Position numbers and translations under genes: made by a program. Below the pieces are notes generated by a model. The model was given only the letters and a program-made list of their open reading frames with translations, searched no databases and was not told where the DNA came from. Shown here in pieces: positions 62,214 to 64,000 of a stretch of 64,000 bases of DNA (its first letter is position 1; every line of letters starts with the position of its first letter). Origin of the DNA: Synergistota bacterium (GTDB taxonomy: Bacteria; Synergistota; GBS-1); the NCBI GenBank assembly GCA_021159885.1, contig JAGHDO010000033.1, forward strand, positions 7,370-71,369, read 5' to 3'.

Positions 62214-63580
62214 TTATTAAAGCTGAATATAGGTGGGGGAATTCGCCCTCCTCTTTTTATGAACCTATCTACCTTTCCGATCTTAACTGGAACTATGGGA
62301 GCTTCTCCAAGCAGGCCTCCCCAGCATGCTCTTTCACCAACCCCTTTACCGGGAACAGGTATAAGCCTTACCGCAGTCGTTTTAGAATTTATAACACCTA
62401 TAGCCATCTCATCAGCTATTATACAGGCTATGACTTCCTCAGGCGTATCACCTGGAATAGCTATCATATCAAGTCCTACCGAACACACGCAGGTCATCGC
62501 CTCCAATTTCTCAAGACCTATCGTTCCATCCAAGGCACATTTTGCCATTTCCGAATCCTCACTCACCGGGATAAAGGCCCCGCTTAATCCCCCAACAGAG
62601 GACGAAGCCATAACCCCGCCTTTTTTAACGGCATCGTTTAGAAGGGCCAGAGCAGCTGTAGTTCCCGGAAGACCACATCGCTCAATCCCCATAGCCTCTA
62701 TGATTTGTGCTACGCTATCACCCGGATTTGGCGTAGGAGCCAAGGAGAGATCAACTATACCGAACGATATCCCAAGCCTCCTCGCAACCTCTCTTCCAAG
62801 AAGCTCTCCAGCAGCGGTAATCTTAAAAGCAACCCTCTTAATCTCGTTAGCGAGCGTTCTAAAGTCCACATCTTTTAAGCTCTCAACCACCGCTCTAACC
62901 ACACCAGGACCACTAACTCCAACATTTATGCAGACATCTCCTTCCTGAGCACCGTGAAAGGCTCCCGCCATGAACGGATTATCTGAAGGAGCGTTTGCAA
63001 AAACTACGAACTTAGCCGCTCCTATACCATCCTTAGAAGAGGTAAGAAGCGCGGATCTCTTCATAACGCCAGCAGAAAGAAGAACCGCATCTATGTTTAT
63101 GCCCGCTTTTGTAGAAGCAACGTTCAGGAAGGAACACACCCTTTCGGTCGATGAGAGCACATCTGGTATCACCGATATTAGCTTTCTCTCCCAATCGGTG
63201 ATACCCTTCTCGACCAAGGCTCCATATCCCCCTATAAAATCAACTTCTACTTCCACAGCAGCCCGTTCAAGCGCTTTTCCAAGCTCAAGAAAATCCTCTT
63301 CTTTAAATCCGGCACTTATAAGAGAAACAGGACTAACGGAAATCCTTGAGTTCACTATGGGAATCCCAAATTCATCCTCAACCTCTCTTACCGTTGGAAC
63401 GAGCCTTCTTGAAACCCTGACTATCTTCTCATATACTTTGTCTATAACCTCCTCAGGATCGCCTCCCCTACAGTCCAATAAGGATATTCCAAGCGTGATA
63501 GTCCTTATATCAAGATTTTCTCTTCTCACCATCTGAATGGTTTCCATTATCTCGTTTAAAGATACGAATCCTCTCTTCAT
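62210..63580 (-). CDS. UPF0210/DUF711-family protein
   Basis: 456 aa with family-like Gly-rich blocks ([28 protein letters not shown]); paired with an upstream ACT protein. Confidence 0.65.
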   Translation of the reverse strand: MKRGFVSLNEIMETIQMVRRENLDIRTITLGISLLDCRGGDPEEVIDKVYEKIVRVSRRLVPTVREVEDEFGIPIVNSRISVSPVSLISAGFKEEDFLELGKALERAAVEVEVDFIGGYGALVEKGITDWERKLISVIPDVLSSTERVCSFLNVASTKAGINIDAVLLSAGVMKRSALLTSSKDGIGAAKFVVFANAPSDNPFMAGAFHGAQEGDVCINVGVSGPGVVRAVVESLKDVDFRTLANEIKRVAFKITAAGELLGREVARRLGISFGIVDLSLAPTPNPGDSVAQIIEAMGIERCGLPGTTAALALLNDAVKKGGVMASSSVGGLSGAFIPVSEDSEMAKCALDGTIGLEKLEAMTCVCSVGLDMIAIPGDTPEEVIACIIADEMAIGVINSKTTAVRLIPVPGKGVGERACWGGLLGEAPIVPVKIGKVDRFIKRGGRIPPPIFSFNN

Positions 63581-63589
63581 GGTATCACC

Positions 63590-63862
63590 TCATACTCTGT
63601 GCATAGCTTTGAATATTTCCTCACGCTGAAGCCATATCTCGACTCCAAGCTCCTTCCCTCGCTTGAGGAGCGCATCTTTAAACTCCGAGAAACCGCTCTT
63701 AAGCTGAGAAATATTAACGATCATAGCCATAACAAATATTCCCTGCATGGTAGTCTGGCTTATATCCTCGATATTAACGTTATACTCCGCGAGTAATCCA
63801 GAAATACCCGCAACAATACCAACCTTATCCACACCTATAACCGTTATAACCGCCCTTGACAA
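63590..63862 (-). CDS. ACT-domain protein, UPF0237 family
   Basis: 90 aa; AVITVIGVDKVGIVAGISGLLAEYNVNIEDISQT is an ACT beta-alpha-beta-beta-alpha-beta core. Confidence 0.7.
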   Translation of the reverse strand: MSRAVITVIGVDKVGIVAGISGLLAEYNVNIEDISQTTMQGIFVMAMIVNISQLKSGFSEFKDALLKRGKELGVEIWLQREEIFKAMHRV

Positions 63863-63886
63863 GATAAAAGACCTCCCCTTTAAAGA

Positions 63887-64000
63887 AGATGCAGTCCCTT
63901 TATAATCTGAGAAGCTCTCTCAAAACTCTCCTCTAAGTCCACCTCGAGGAGAGCTATCTTGGCACCCCTATGTCCATATCTCGCTGAAAACAGCGATATA
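63887..64000 (-). CDS. 3' end of an unidentified gene continuing beyond the window (...YGHRGAKIALLEVDLEESFERASQIIKGLHLL*)
   Basis: Open minus-strand frame to the window edge with a stop at ~63887; not in the track because it is edge-truncated. Confidence 0.35.

Overview
Gene-dense 64-kb window that looks like a low-GC, probably thermophilic bacterium. The proteins are rich in K, E, I and R, and RNA genes stand out as GC-rich islands. No rRNA, tRNA, CRISPR array or transposase was seen. Positions 1–44 kb are almost entirely minus-strand housekeeping operons.

Genes and elements, in order:
- A partial GT4 (WecA/MraY-like) glycosyl-1-phosphate transferase at the left edge.
- An RpiB–Upp fusion gene.
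- A complete methylmalonyl-CoA operon: split B12 mutase, MeaB, epimerase, and a Na+-pumping biotin decarboxylase (alpha, delta, gamma and beta subunits).
- rtcB.
- A radical-SAM gene frameshifted inside its CxxxCxxC motif.
- A colinear dcw cluster running mraZ through ftsZ.
- RNase P RNA (rnpB, type A).
- rph, a GerM-like protein, an AMIN-amidase, pmbA, ltaE and rarA.
- An unassigned GC-rich structured RNA candidate.
- bioY, tyrS and rnc.
- A fab/pls cluster with fapR as the last (leftmost) gene: fabF, acpP, fabG, fabD, fabK, fabH, plsX, fapR.

Positions 44–64 kb are more accessory-like:
- A TAXI-TRAP transporter fused into one operon with a polar-amino-acid ABC transporter and an aminotransferase.
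- OsmC, a secreted hypothetical protein, an HD protein related to the CCA enzyme, a Cof-HAD hydrolase and a PII-like protein.
- A DUF2233 phosphodiester glycosidase.
- A GalT-like gene co-transcribed with a dual-receiver response regulator whose first receiver is degenerate.
- A TPP enzyme with an MFS transporter and a ThiW-like protein.
- A PPDK_N-domain-only gene split by a homopolymer frameshift.
- The conserved UPF0210 plus ACT (UPF0237) pair.

Several regulatory palindromes and terminators are visible: GTGG repeats at mraZ, a palindrome downstream of the fapR promoter, a 7-1-7 palindrome at the TRAP promoter, and an attenuator hairpin between the binding-protein and permease genes. All database-style claims rest on motif recognition by eye and need confirmation with BLAST, HMMER or Rfam searches.
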